A stretch of DNA of 32,000 bases from Corynebacterium amycolatum (lineage in GTDB: Bacteria > Actinomycetota > Actinomycetes > Mycobacteriales > Mycobacteriaceae): the NCBI RefSeq assembly GCF_049243625.1, contig NZ_CP046975.1, one strand, 5' to 3'. Below are positions 17,635 through 27,271 of the stretch, one piece after another. The notes beneath the pieces are model-generated. The model worked only from the letters and a program-made list of their open reading frames with translations, made no database searches and was not told where the DNA came from. Positions within the stretch are counted from its first letter, which is position 1. Every line of letters starts with the position of its first letter. Position numbers and translations under genes: made by a program.

Positions 17635-18900
17635 GTGAACATCGAAGTGACTATTGACCGTCCCGCTGCCGGCGGAGAATTCATTGCCAGCTATGACGGA
17701 CGTATCGGTTTCGTCACCGGCGGCATCCCCGGCGAACGCGTTGTTGTCGAAATTGCCAAACCTGATGCCAAGCTGTGGCGCGGCAATGTCGTTGAGGTTC
17801 TGGATGCCTCAGAGCATCGAATTTCACAGCGTTGCGAAGCAGCTCGGCAGGGCGCGGGTTGTTGCGACTGGGGTTTTATTGATCCTGAGCACGCGGCGCG
17901 TCTCAAGGTTGATGTCCTGACCGATTGCCTGCGCCGGCTTGGACGTTTCACCGCCGACGAACTGCCAGCTATCGATGTCCTTCCACTGGCTCCCACCTCC
18001 CGTTGGCGCACGCGCGTGCGGCTGGGCGTGGATTCCCAGGGACGAGCGGGGTTACGTCGTTCCCGTTCCCACGAGCTCGTCATCGGCTCCGAGTGCGTCC
18101 AAACAGTTCCCAATCTCATCGCTGGCTTTTCGACGGCCGGAACCATCCCCGTTGCTAAGCCCGCTAGCGGTCGAGGTCGCAAGAAGCCGAAGCTGGGAGA
18201 ACTCCATGTGGCAATGGATGCCGAGGGTAACCGAAGCGCTGTGTACGTCTCCGGCAGTGGCCGGAATCGCAAGCAAACAGTGATTGAAGGCGAGCCAACC
18301 ACACAGCACACTGTTCACGGCATTACTTTCGATGTGCCGACTACCGGTTTTTGGCAAGCTCATCGCTATGCTCCTGAGTTCTATGGCTCGCGCATCATTA
18401 GCCTGTTGGCCGGTCAGTCCTTCTCCTGTGCTTGGGATCTCTACGGCGGCGCAGGCGTTCTGGCGGCGGCGCTGCGCAAGCTAGTAGACGCTGAGGGATC
18501 AATTCTCTCTGTCGAGGGGTTTGCCGCGGCAGCGACGGCGGGGCGCAGGGCCTTCACTGCAGCTGATCACAGTGGGAATGCGACACCTGCGGCACCAGTT
18601 CGGTTCGTTACTGGGGATGTCACCAAGGTTGTGCGCCGCGAAGTTGCTAATGAGAAAACACCAAATCCGGATGTCGTCGTTCTCGACCCTCCGCGCTCCG
18701 GTGCCGGTAAGGATGCCATTGCCGCTATTGCTGAGGCCAAGCCACGCACGGTTGTACATTTCGGTTGCGATCCGGCGACTTTTGCGCGCGATGCCCGGTA
18801 CTGGGCTGACCACGGCTACGCGTTCAAACACCTCGAGGTCGTAGACGCATTTGGCCTAACACATCACTTTGAAACCATCGCGGTGCTAGAGCAGCTGTAG
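17635..18900 (+). CDS. TRAM-domain class I SAM-dependent RNA (uracil-5) methyltransferase, TrmA/RumA family
   Basis: 421 aa. It has an N-terminal TRAM-like beta domain (GGEFIASYDGRIGFVTGGIPGERVVVEI), Cys residues (RCEAARQGAGCCDWGF) at the position of the Fe-S motif, DLYGGAGV, VVLDPPRSGAG and FGCDPATFARD. The start is GTG. Confidence 0.8.
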   Translation: MNIEVTIDRPAAGGEFIASYDGRIGFVTGGIPGERVVVEIAKPDAKLWRGNVVEVLDASEHRISQRCEAARQGAGCCDWGFIDPEHAARLKVDVLTDCLRRLGRFTADELPAIDVLPLAPTSRWRTRVRLGVDSQGRAGLRRSRSHELVIGSECVQTVPNLIAGFSTAGTIPVAKPASGRGRKKPKLGELHVAMDAEGNRSAVYVSGSGRNRKQTVIEGEPTTQHTVHGITFDVPTTGFWQAHRYAPEFYGSRIISLLAGQSFSCAWDLYGGAGVLAAALRKLVDAEGSILSVEGFAAAATAGRRAFTAADHSGNATPAAPVRFVTGDVTKVVRREVANEKTPNPDVVVLDPPRSGAGKDAIAAIAEAKPRTVVHFGCDPATFARDARYWADHGYAFKHLEVVDAFGLTHHFETIAVLEQL

Positions 18901-20202
18901 CTAGAGTGGGTGCCGCATGGGCGCAAGGACGTTGGCGCCGATTACGTCGGCAAGCAAATGTGCCTGCCATGGGCGGAAACCCTGTTCGCTGAGGTGGGCG
19001 GAGATTTCTGTAACGGCTGGCAGGCCGCCAGCGTAGTTGTCGTGGTGGCGGAATACGAATGAGCCGACTGCGCGGCTGTGAATCCACCAAACAAGTTCAC
19101 GTGTCTGCGCGGAAGTGATGAGTGTGTCTTTGCGCAGGTGTATTTGGGCACAGACGTTGTCGATGCAGTCTCGCGTGGTTTCGAAAATCTCGGCGGCTTG
19201 TGGGGCATGTTCAGCCCAACGCCGAAAGTGTGGCATCTCGTTGCGAGGCGGCTTTTGAGGCTTCGGCCATGATGACCTGGGTTCCTGACGGGCTTCATTA
19301 ACGATCTTCAACCAAGCATCCGCAGCACCGCGACGGCGACGTGGAAATCCACGGATTGCAGTCAGCTCACGCTGCGTACCTGGGAGTTGTTCTGCGATTG
19401 TACGTAGAACGCTGTGCCCCATGATGTGTGTTGGGGAGACATCACGTTGCTGCGCGATTTCGTCACGCTCAGTCCACAGTGCACGGGCGACGTGGAGTTG
19501 TTCGGAAGTGCGCAGCTTCCCAATGCCTTTGAGTCCTTGCCACGAGTGTCCGACGTGTAGACCATCGAGGTATTTACGGTTGGTAGCGAGTTCGCGTTCG
19601 CATTCCTGCTCTAGCCATTCCAAACGGTCGAGCTCAGCTAGCGCCTGACAAAGAACCTCGGCGAGTTCGATAAGCAGCTCGACATCCAGGGCTGCGTAGT
19701 CCAGCCAATCCGCTGGCAGTGGACGAGTAGACCAATCCTCTCGACCGTGCCCCTTGGCAAGTCCAACTCCGAGGAGTCGTTCTGTCAGAGCTGCTAAGTT
19801 GACTCGCTCGAGTCCGAGAAGGCGACCGGCCAGCTCAGTGTCAATGACTTTGGTGGGGTAGAGGCCCAGGGCTGCGAGGCAGGGAAGGTCAGAATGAGCT
19901 GCGTGAATAATCCAGGTCAGGTCGTTGACTGAGGAACCGAAAACGGCCATCGCCTTGCGCCCGTCTTCGGGATCGATGAGAAAGGTGCCCGCTCCACGGC
20001 GGCGAAATTGAAGCAGGAAGGCGCGGTCATCGTAGCGATATGCCGAAGCTCGTTCAGTATCGACTGCGAGCCAACCGTGTCCTTTGGCTAGCTGCTCACC
20101 GGCGTCAATAATTTCGTCGATGTCGGAAAGCACGCGTGGAGTTCCCTCGGCGGGGGCAAGTCTTACCTCTACGTCGGGACTAGTTTCCACGTCGGAGCTC
20201 AT
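18901..20202 (-). CDS. rnd: Ribonuclease D (DEDDy 3'-5' exonuclease plus HRDC domain)
   Basis: 433 aa. LAVDTERASAYRY (ExoI), IIHAAHSDLPCL (ExoII) and YAALDVELLIEL (ExoIII) are followed by an HRDC-like region (LWTERDEIAQQRDVSPTHIM). Confidence 0.85.
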   Translation of the reverse strand: MSSDVETSPDVEVRLAPAEGTPRVLSDIDEIIDAGEQLAKGHGWLAVDTERASAYRYDDRAFLLQFRRRGAGTFLIDPEDGRKAMAVFGSSVNDLTWIIHAAHSDLPCLAALGLYPTKVIDTELAGRLLGLERVNLAALTERLLGVGLAKGHGREDWSTRPLPADWLDYAALDVELLIELAEVLCQALAELDRLEWLEQECERELATNRKYLDGLHVGHSWQGLKGIGKLRTSEQLHVARALWTERDEIAQQRDVSPTHIMGHSVLRTIAEQLPGTQRELTAIRGFPRRRRGAADAWLKIVNEARQEPRSSWPKPQKPPRNEMPHFRRWAEHAPQAAEIFETTRDCIDNVCAQIHLRKDTLITSAQTRELVWWIHSRAVGSFVFRHHDNYAGGLPAVTEISAHLSEQGFRPWQAHLLADVIGANVLAPMRHPL

Positions 20203-20242
20203 CGCTCGCCTCTTCGGTCGTCGGTATCAGCAGTTGCCAGTA

Positions 20243-20833
20243 TCAGCCCAGCAGGGATACGCCGACGGGTGGCAGACCGGCGACGTTCGCTAGTACCTGA
20301 GCGAAGGATTCAACGTGAGTGCGCAGGTCGGTACCACGAGCAGTCCACGATGCGCGCATTTCTAATTGAAAGGCCTGTGGCTTGCCACCAATCTCGCCGT
20401 AGCGGACAGAGTTCGTAGTTGTCACCGTGCCACCCAAGTTCGACAGTTCGGCGTTGTTCTCAGCCAGAGCCTCGGTGAGCCATTGCCAGGCAACCTGGGG
20501 AAGCAGCGGATCTTCCGCGAGGGAGGCATCCATATCTGCCTGGATGTATGCAACCAAGCGCATGTCACCGTCCCAGGTTTCCTCACTGCGGGGGTCATGG
20601 AGCAAAATTAAACGACCAAAGGCATCATCGTCCGAGGACTCGGGGACAATATCAGCTTCGGGCTGCGTGACCTCAAGCGAGACAGCGTGGCTAAACGGTG
20701 CCAGCTTCTGCGGTGGCCGAACGGTGCCCAGAGCAATCTCAGGTCGCAGTTCAGCAGAGTGCATTGACTCGACCGCGGCGCGGAAGTTCTGTGGCGTTGA
20801 ATCGGTTCCATTCACGTGCCTGAACTTAGCCAT
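20243..20833 (-). CDS. DUF3000-type protein
   Basis: 196 aa. PPQKLAPFSHAV, GRLILLHDP and RLVAYIQADMD are present. It lies immediately upstream of rnd on the same strand. Confidence 0.7.
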   Translation of the reverse strand: MAKFRHVNGTDSTPQNFRAAVESMHSAELRPEIALGTVRPPQKLAPFSHAVSLEVTQPEADIVPESSDDDAFGRLILLHDPRSEETWDGDMRLVAYIQADMDASLAEDPLLPQVAWQWLTEALAENNAELSNLGGTVTTTNSVRYGEIGGKPQAFQLEMRASWTARGTDLRTHVESFAQVLANVAGLPPVGVSLLG

Positions 20834-20967
20834 ATGACGCTTGCGTTAGTGGGAGGCGCGCCGAACAGAGCGGAAAGCGACCAAACGCTTCGCCGAAAAC
20901 GCACAGCAGGGCGAGCGATTTCCCTGTTCTTAGTACCCCACACATTAATTTCTAAGGTAAGTGGGGC

Positions 20968-22077
20968 ATGATTGTCGGTATGAACAATCGTCGCACTTTG
21001 ACTGATGCCCCGATTCTTGATGCAGCTTACGGTCGAACTCCTTCGCGCCGCCCGGTGTGGTTTATGCGGCAAGCCGGTCGTTCACTGCCTGAGTACCGTG
21101 AGGTGCGCAAGGACATCGGTATGTTGGACTCCTGCTTCCGTCCGGAACTGCTCGCTGAGATTACTATGCAGCCGGTACGTAGGCACGACGTTGATGCTGC
21201 GATTCTTTTTTCCGATATTGTCGTGCCGCTGAAGGCCGCGGGTGTCAACCTGGATATTGTTCCTGGTCGCGGTCCAGTATTGGATACTCCGGTGCGCTCA
21301 GAATCAGACATCAAGGCGCTACCGGAAGTCACAGAAGAGCAACTCGCTCCGGTGGCCGAGGGTATCGGCCTCATTCTGCAAGAGCTGACTGATACCCAGG
21401 CACTCATTGGTTTCGCCGGTGCACCATTCACCTTGGCATCGTACCTGATTGAAGGCGGTCCATCCCGCAATCACGAGCGCACTAAGGCGCTGATGCACTC
21501 GGACCCTGAATTGTGGGGTCACCTGATGCAGAAAATCACTCCGATGGTGATTGCTTTCCTGCGCGCGCAGATTGGCGCTGGCGTGGACGCTATTCAGCTC
21601 TTCGACTCCTGGGCTGGCTATCTTACCGAGCGTGATTACCGCCGCTTTGTGTTGCCGTACTCGAAGCAAATCTTCCAGGCCTTCGCCGACGTCGGCATTC
21701 CGCGCATCCACTTCGGTGTGGGGACCGGCGAGCTTCTCGGTGCGATGGCTGAAGCCGGCCCAGAAGTCATGGGTGTCGACTGGCGCGTGCCACTGGACGT
21801 TGCTGCCAACCGCATTCGTGCCACGCTTTCCGACGTTCACCGAGGCGCAGACCCGGCGCAAAACAGCCTTGCATTGCAGGGTAACCTTGACCCGGCGATT
21901 CTCTTTGCCGGTGAAGCTGCAATGACCCAAGAGATCCAGCGCATCTGTTCTGAAGCGGACCGTGCAATTAAGCGTGGTGATGCCCGTGGACATATCTTCA
22001 ACTTGGGTCACGGGGTGCTACCGAATACCGATGCCGACGCGATTACGCGCGCCGTTGAAATCATTCACGCAACGTAA
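20968..22077 (+). CDS. hemE: Uroporphyrinogen decarboxylase
   Basis: 369 aa. PVWFMRQAGRSLPEYR is the HemE signature, and FDSWAG and NLGHGV are also present. An alternative ATG lies at 20980. Confidence 0.95.
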   Translation: MIVGMNNRRTLTDAPILDAAYGRTPSRRPVWFMRQAGRSLPEYREVRKDIGMLDSCFRPELLAEITMQPVRRHDVDAAILFSDIVVPLKAAGVNLDIVPGRGPVLDTPVRSESDIKALPEVTEEQLAPVAEGIGLILQELTDTQALIGFAGAPFTLASYLIEGGPSRNHERTKALMHSDPELWGHLMQKITPMVIAFLRAQIGAGVDAIQLFDSWAGYLTERDYRRFVLPYSKQIFQAFADVGIPRIHFGVGTGELLGAMAEAGPEVMGVDWRVPLDVAANRIRATLSDVHRGADPAQNSLALQGNLDPAILFAGEAAMTQEIQRICSEADRAIKRGDARGHIFNLGHGVLPNTDADAITRAVEIIHAT

Positions 22078-22182
22078 TAGCCGACGCAACAGGCGTGTAA
22101 AACACGCACTAGCTAATTTTCTACAAGTCTTATCGACCGTGCCCGCTCGAGGGGCGGGCATAGAGAAAGCGTACGAAATACC

Positions 22183-23661
22183 GTGGTTGCACAACCTTCT
22201 ACCATTGCCGTCGTAGGTGGCGGTATCTCCGGCCTGACCGCAGCGTATGAGTTGCGTAAAAAGCTCGGACCCGCCGCAAGAATTATTGTCATCGAGTCCA
22301 GTGCACAGGTCGGCGGCAAGCTGAAGACTCGACCAGGAGCTAACGGCCCTCTTGAAGCGGGCGCTGAGGCGTACCTGGCATTCCGTCACGATGCCACCGA
22401 GTTTTTCAAGGAACTCGGTTTGGCGGATCAGCTAGTCGCCCCTTCGGGGTCGCCTTCCAAGCTCTACATTGGCGGTGAGCTCAAGGACCTTCCGCGCAAT
22501 ACGGTCACCGGTATTCCAGGAAGCTCAGAGGGGTTGGGCTATCTCCTCAGCGAGGCCACCCTCGCCAAGATTGATGCTGAGTCGAACCCCGAGCTCACTC
22601 CAGCCTTGCACTGGGTACTGGGCGACGACATGAATGTCGGCCAGCTGGTCGCGGCGCGTCTCGGTGAAGAAGTGGTTGACCGCATCGTCTCCCCGCTGCT
22701 CGGGGGCGTCTACTCAACCACCGCATACAATCTGGGCCTGCGTGCGACCATCCCACAGCTGGCGGCAGCGCTTGATGAAATTGCCAGTGTCGGTGATCAT
22801 GTCAGCCTCACCGGCGCTGTCCAGCGCGTTCTGGAAGCACGTAAGCAGGCGCAGCAGGCGCGTCTGAGCAGTGAGGCTGCGACAGACTCTGCGAAGACGA
22901 AGCAACCGGTAGTCTTCCAAACGTTCCGAGATGGCTTCGAGGTCCTCTACAACACGCTTGCCGACGAATCGGGAGCCGAACTCCTCTTGTCGACGAAGGC
23001 TGCTGGCTTGCGGCAGCATGACAATGGCTTTGAGGTGACAGTGGAAGCGCCGTCGGAAAGCGGCACGAGCGTTAACACGATCGACGTCGACGGTGTTGTC
23101 CTGGCGGCACCTTCTGCAACCACATCAGAGCTGTTGAGCAGCCTTGCTCCAGAGGCGGCAGAGCTTATCGGTGGGGTAGACACGTCGAACTCGGCGGTGG
23201 TCGGTATGTGTTTCGACACATCGGACGGACTGCCGGAGATCAACGGCGTGTTGTGTGAGATTGGTGCGGACCTGTCCGCGAAAGCTTTCACAGTGTCGTC
23301 CCGAAAGTGGCCACATATTGGTGAGCGCTACGGTGCCGTTGTGAGGGCAAGTTTCGGCCGTTTTGATGATGACTCGCACGTGCATCGCAGCGACGAAGAC
23401 CTCATCGCCAGGGCAAAGGCGGATTTGGCTAAGGCGACTGGCTTTGATGCTGAACCGACAGCGGTTTTCGTCCAGCGTTGGTGGGCAGGGATTCCACGCT
23501 TCGATATGGGGCATGGAGGTTTGATGGATTTTGCTCGCCACGAGTTGGACGAGGTGCCTAAGCTTGCAGCAACAGGGGCATGGCTCAGTGGCCCGGGCAT
23601 TCCGGAGTGTATTTCCAACGCCAAGGCTGCGGCTAACAAGATTGCTGCGGAGCTGGGATAA
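22183..23661 (+). CDS. hemY: Protoporphyrinogen/coproporphyrinogen III oxidase (HemY/CgoX, FAD-dependent)
   Basis: 492 aa. The N-terminal dinucleotide fold is IAVVGGGISGLTAAYEL, followed by an amine-oxidase-type body. It sits between hemE and chdC, as in coproporphyrin-dependent heme producers. The start is GTG. Confidence 0.85.
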   Translation: MVAQPSTIAVVGGGISGLTAAYELRKKLGPAARIIVIESSAQVGGKLKTRPGANGPLEAGAEAYLAFRHDATEFFKELGLADQLVAPSGSPSKLYIGGELKDLPRNTVTGIPGSSEGLGYLLSEATLAKIDAESNPELTPALHWVLGDDMNVGQLVAARLGEEVVDRIVSPLLGGVYSTTAYNLGLRATIPQLAAALDEIASVGDHVSLTGAVQRVLEARKQAQQARLSSEAATDSAKTKQPVVFQTFRDGFEVLYNTLADESGAELLLSTKAAGLRQHDNGFEVTVEAPSESGTSVNTIDVDGVVLAAPSATTSELLSSLAPEAAELIGGVDTSNSAVVGMCFDTSDGLPEINGVLCEIGADLSAKAFTVSSRKWPHIGERYGAVVRASFGRFDDDSHVHRSDEDLIARAKADLAKATGFDAEPTAVFVQRWWAGIPRFDMGHGGLMDFARHELDEVPKLAATGAWLSGPGIPECISNAKAAANKIAAELG

Positions 23662-23747
23662 AGCTGCGAGATTGGTGCTGAGTACGAAACTGGCGCCGAA
23701 CCATTGAATTTTTGAACAGACTTTTCAACCGAACTAGGAGAGAACTG

Positions 23748-24446
23748 ATGACCAAGCTCGATTACAAGAAGCTCAACGACACCATCCGCTACACCATGTG
23801 GTCTACCTTCAAGGTGACCCCGGGCGCACTCGGAGAAAACCGCGAAGAGGCAGTGGCTAAGACCAAGGAATTCCTGGCTCGTTACGAAGACACCGATCTG
23901 ATCATCCGTGGTTTCTACGACGTTTCGGCCATGCGTGCTGAAGCTGACTTCATGTTCTGGATTCACGCAGAGAAACTGGAAGATCTGCAGGCGTTCTACA
24001 ACGCTTTCCTGCGCGAGACTCCGCTGGGCCAGGCATCCACCCCGCACTGGTCGAACGCTGCGCTGCACCGTCCAGCTGAGTTCAATAAGTCGCACCTGCC
24101 GTCGTTCATCATGGGTGAAGAGCCAGGACGATGGATTGCGGTTTACCCATTCGTCCGTTCCTACGACTGGTACCTGCTGGAGCCAACCGAGCGTCGCCGC
24201 ATCCTTGCTGAACACGGTATGGCCGGTCGTGACTACCCGGATGTGCGCGCCAATACTGTCCCGGCGTTCGCACTCGGCGACTACGAGTGGATCCTTGCAT
24301 TCGAGGGGCCGGAGCTCGACCGCATTGTGGACTTGATGTGGAAGATGCGTTACACCGAGGCTCGTCTGCACGTCCGCGAAGAGATTCCGTTCCACACGGG
24401 CCGTCGCGTCGATGACATCGCGGAGATTATCAACGTTCTGCCGTAG
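23748..24446 (+). CDS. chdC: Hydrogen peroxide-dependent heme synthase / coproheme decarboxylase (chlorite dismutase family)
   Basis: [35 protein letters not shown] and [13 protein letters not shown] are present. The ATG at 23748 has AGGAGAG upstream. The track ORF start at 23712 lacks an RBS. Confidence 0.9.
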   Translation: MTKLDYKKLNDTIRYTMWSTFKVTPGALGENREEAVAKTKEFLARYEDTDLIIRGFYDVSAMRAEADFMFWIHAEKLEDLQAFYNAFLRETPLGQASTPHWSNAALHRPAEFNKSHLPSFIMGEEPGRWIAVYPFVRSYDWYLLEPTERRRILAEHGMAGRDYPDVRANTVPAFALGDYEWILAFEGPELDRIVDLMWKMRYTEARLHVREEIPFHTGRRVDDIAEIINVLP

Positions 24447-24471
24447 CCCGTGCAATCTACGAGAAAATCAG

Positions 24472-24533
24472 CAGCGCCGCTGGTCAAGCCCCGTTAACTG
24501 ACGGGATTGTGACCAGCGGCGCTGTTTCTTTAT
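24472..24533. terminator. Bidirectional terminator between chdC and msrB
   Basis: A perfect 14-bp stem CAGCGCCGCTGGTC (24472-24485) / GACCAGCGGCGCTG (24511-24524) encloses a nested CCCCGT/ACGGG hairpin. It has TTTCTTTAT on the plus side and a T-rich run (GATTTTCTCG) on the minus side. Confidence 0.75.
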
Positions 24534-24537
24534 CCGG

Positions 24538-24963
24538 TTATTCAGCCGTCTTGTCCGGTTCCAGCGTGAGTGAAATTGAATTGATGCAATAACGCAGGTC
24601 GGTTGGAGTATTGTATCCCTCTCCCTCAAAGACGTGGCCGAGGTGAGACTTGCAACGACTGCACAGCACTTCGGTGCGGACCATACCGAGGCTCGTATCT
24701 CGTCGCTCAATAATGCGGTCTCCTGCTAGTGGAGAGAAGAAAGATGGCCAACCGCAGTGAGAGTCGAACTTCTCGTTCGAGCGAAACAGCTCGTAACCAC
24801 AAGCCCGGCAGCGGTATACACCTTGAGTTTTAGTATCGGTGTACTCACCGGTGAAGGCGCGTTCAGTACCTGCCTGACGCAAAACCTGGTACTCTGCGAC
24901 ACTGAGGAGTTCGCGCCATTCTTCTTCGCTTAGATTCCAGTCTTCGCTATGCGAATTATCCAT
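24538..24963 (-). CDS. msrB: Peptide-methionine (R)-S-oxide reductase
   Basis: FTGEYTDTKTQGVYRCRACGYELF, HCGWPSF, CSRCKSHLGHVFEGEG and RYCINS are present. The ATG at 24963 has GAGGAGG upstream. It overlaps the end of the upstream gene by 8 nt. Confidence 0.95.
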   Translation of the reverse strand: MDNSHSEDWNLSEEEWRELLSVAEYQVLRQAGTERAFTGEYTDTKTQGVYRCRACGYELFRSNEKFDSHCGWPSFFSPLAGDRIIERRDTSLGMVRTEVLCSRCKSHLGHVFEGEGYNTPTDLRYCINSISLTLEPDKTAE

Positions 24964-26344
24964 TCTGAATAGCCTCCTCAGACTTGAGATCAGATTCCTG
25001 ATTAAACTTCCCGCCTGCGATCTTCCAGTCACCCAGCCAGCTGAAGCCGGATGCAAAGCTACGCCCATTGACGGCATCCACAATCGTCATTCGAATCAGT
25101 GCTGCCGTGATGGAGAGAATAAGAACGGCCCATCCAATACCGCCGATTGCAACCGTGAACCACGGGAAAAATAGGTCATCCTCATCAATCCACCAATTGG
25201 CGTAGAAGAAACAGAGTACGACTCCGAGTCCTGCGCCCCAATTCAACATGACAGTCGAACCAATATTTCCTTCATTGTCGCAATCCAAAACCAATGGGCG
25301 AAGCACGGTGAGAACCATTGGCAAGAGCGTCATCGAGTAGTACTGCTGTCCTAGGCTGGAAAGGAAGAACGCGCCGGTGAAGAGAACTCCGGAAGTTGTA
25401 GCAATCCAGAATTTCTCATCCCTTTCGAGCCAGCGAAGAAGGAGAACGACAGATACCAAGACAAAAATGCCGAAAAAGATTTGCCACAGCAAGATCAATG
25501 TCGGGTGGGCACCCAGCCAAACAAGCTGCCCAGTCAGTGAAGCATTCGCAAAGTCACGGACAACTCCCAGGTAGGGGATAGTGATATCTAGGTAGTCACG
25601 TGGTTGGACCATGAGCGGCCACGCAACGGCATTGGCTGCAATTACCACCCCGATACTGGTCAGTATCGTAGAGAACTGCCTGCGCATGAACGGTAGGAAC
25701 AGCATTGGCAAGAATACGGGCTTGATAGTGATTGCGATACCGATAATCAGGCCGGCCAGGATATTGCGTCGCTCGGTCAGTGCAATAAAAAACAGCACTA
25801 ATGCAAGGAACAGTGAACCGTTGACGTTCGTAAAATCAAGCGTGTTGGTAACGGGTTCCGTGAGGTAAAGCAGTGCTATCGACGCTGGAATGATGGGGCC
25901 AGAGCGCGCAATACCAAGCCACCTGAGTAGCAACACAATTGCCGCAATGATTGCAGCTGACTGAAATACCGCAAACCAGATTCGGCCCGATTCAAGCGAG
26001 CCGAACAAATCAATCGGGGCTAAAAGTAGGGTAGCGCCTGGGGAATACAGATAGTGCGGATCGGCTGTTACGTAGTCTTCCGAATAAACGGGTACCTGCG
26101 ACACGAATCGATTAATTGCTGACCAGACCGTCGTAAAGTCATCTGTGCCAGACACGTCTTTCGGCAAAACCCAGGTGCGGTGAAAAATTACCACAGCTGC
26201 GATAGGCCACAAGAAAGCGCTGAGTCCTCGCGACACCTGCCGAGACAGAGGGCGTGGAGCCACCGAAGGTGTTCCTGGCGTGTCCTTGGACGTTTGCGTT
26301 AATGCCGTTGCGCTTGCGCTCACGTCGATTTTTGGTTTACTCAC
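24956..26344 (-). CDS. aftC: GT87 (GT-C fold, DUF2029) polytopic glycosyltransferase, AftC-like arabinofuranosyltransferase
   Basis: 462 aa with about 10 or more TM segments. The N-terminal loop DDFTTVWSAINRF...DPHYLYSPGATLLLAP resembles my recollection of mycobacterial AftC. Its position between msrB and the RibD_C gene is the same as Rv2674-Rv2673-Rv2671 (from memory). The GTG start has GGTGGAG upstream. Confidence 0.65.
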   Translation of the reverse strand: MSKPKIDVSASATALTQTSKDTPGTPSVAPRPLSRQVSRGLSAFLWPIAAVVIFHRTWVLPKDVSGTDDFTTVWSAINRFVSQVPVYSEDYVTADPHYLYSPGATLLLAPIDLFGSLESGRIWFAVFQSAAIIAAIVLLLRWLGIARSGPIIPASIALLYLTEPVTNTLDFTNVNGSLFLALVLFFIALTERRNILAGLIIGIAITIKPVFLPMLFLPFMRRQFSTILTSIGVVIAANAVAWPLMVQPRDYLDITIPYLGVVRDFANASLTGQLVWLGAHPTLILLWQIFFGIFVLVSVVLLLRWLERDEKFWIATTSGVLFTGAFFLSSLGQQYYSMTLLPMVLTVLRPLVLDCDNEGNIGSTVMLNWGAGLGVVLCFFYANWWIDEDDLFFPWFTVAIGGIGWAVLILSITAALIRMTIVDAVNGRSFASGFSWLGDWKIAGGKFNQESDLKSEEAIQNG

Positions 26345-26355
26345 AATACTCCACC

Positions 26356-27168
26356 CTACTGGGTGAAGCTGCGGGAATAGCGTAGGAAGATGTGTGAGTC
26401 GGAACGTAGGATACCCCGCACTTCAAAAGCCTGCGGGTTCGTCGAGTTCGATTCCTCTTCAGGGTCGTTCTCGCCGAAAGTCAGGGGACCGTTACCCACC
26501 CACGTCGGCGACAACGTCAGGAACACTTCGTCAACGCACCCTTGCTGCAACGCCTCTCGATACATCGTCGGACCACCCTCTACGACAATGTCGCGGTAGC
26601 CGTGCTCGGCCAGCCACGTTATCGCCGCACCTACTGAGGGGTTAGGGAGCTTAACGACGAGCGCCCCGGCTGACTCTATCTTTTTAACTTTGTTCTCGTG
26701 CGCGGCTGTTTCCTCTTCGCTATTAAAAGTGTCCTCAGTAGGGGTGAAGATTATCGGAGGATTCGCTTCTGCGTTTGTAAAAAAGTCGGACTCTACGTCC
26801 AAGTCCAAGGAACGCGAGAGCGTGGACATTGCCACATGCTCAGAGCGACCAAGCTTTTGACGAACGGCCTCTAGGTGCTCCGGTATCTCAACTGGGCCGT
26901 AGTCTTCTGCGACAATGGTGCCCGTGCCGACGAAAACGACGTCGGCAAGCGCACGAAGCGTGTTGAAAATTGTGGCGTCGGTGTCATTGCCAAGCTGTCC
27001 TGAGGTGCCTTCGATGGCGCCACGTCCGTCCATACTGGTGACGGCGATGGCGGTGACTGTGGGAGTGGCGGGGAGCTCCGGCGCTGAAGCAGGTGTCGTT
27101 TGTGCTGGTCGGGAAAGAAAGTGAAGAAGTTCATCGGTAGATGGGTTTGCGGATGTGAGTGTAGCCAT
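26356..27168 (-). CDS. RibD C-terminal domain (pyrimidine/dihydrofolate reductase-like) family protein
   Basis: 270 aa. AVTSMDGRGAIEGTSGQLGN, DVVFVGTGTIVAEDY, VVEGGPTMY and VDEVFLTLSP are present. No deaminase domain is present. Confidence 0.75.
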   Translation of the reverse strand: MATLTSANPSTDELLHFLSRPAQTTPASAPELPATPTVTAIAVTSMDGRGAIEGTSGQLGNDTDATIFNTLRALADVVFVGTGTIVAEDYGPVEIPEHLEAVRQKLGRSEHVAMSTLSRSLDLDVESDFFTNAEANPPIIFTPTEDTFNSEEETAAHENKVKKIESAGALVVKLPNPSVGAAITWLAEHGYRDIVVEGGPTMYREALQQGCVDEVFLTLSPTWVGNGPLTFGENDPEEESNSTNPQAFEVRGILRSDSHIFLRYSRSFTQ

Positions 27169-27173
27169 ACCGC

Positions 27174-27216
27174 TGAGGTTAAGCTCACGATTGCAAAGTA
27201 GGCAAGGCCTGGCTTA
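27174..27216. promoter_or_regulatory. Two candidate DtxR operator-like imperfect palindromes in the ribD-like/ftn divergent spacer
   Basis: TGAGGTTAAGCTCACGATT (27174-27192) matches 12/19 to TTAGGTTAGGCTAACCTAA, with a near-perfect left half. GTAGGCAAGGCCTGGCTTA (27198-27216) matches 11/19 and is itself 14/18 self-complementary (TAGGCAAGGCCTGGCTTA). These are hand comparisons only. Confidence 0.35.
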
Positions 27217-27236
27217 TAAGGGCAGCGCCATAATCG

Positions 27237-27265
27237 TTGTTGTTTACGAGGGTTTTGCCTATAGT
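27237..27265 (+). promoter_or_regulatory. Candidate ftn promoter
   Basis: TTGTTG-N17-TATAGT. The -10 ends 6 nt before the ftn ATG, so the transcript could be leaderless even though GGAGG lies in between. Confidence 0.4.
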
Positions 27266-27271
27266 GGAGGT

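Noticed and set aside
22093-22160. Two short GC hairpins between hemE and hemY
   Set aside because: They have 6-7-bp stems without a U-tract. They are likely incidental or weak processing sites and are not distinctive enough to report as a finding.
23328-24455. 375-aa minus-strand ORF spanning the hemY 3' end and all of chdC
   Set aside because: It crosses an intergenic gap and two strongly supported plus-strand genes, and has no recognisable domain. It is an antisense artefact.
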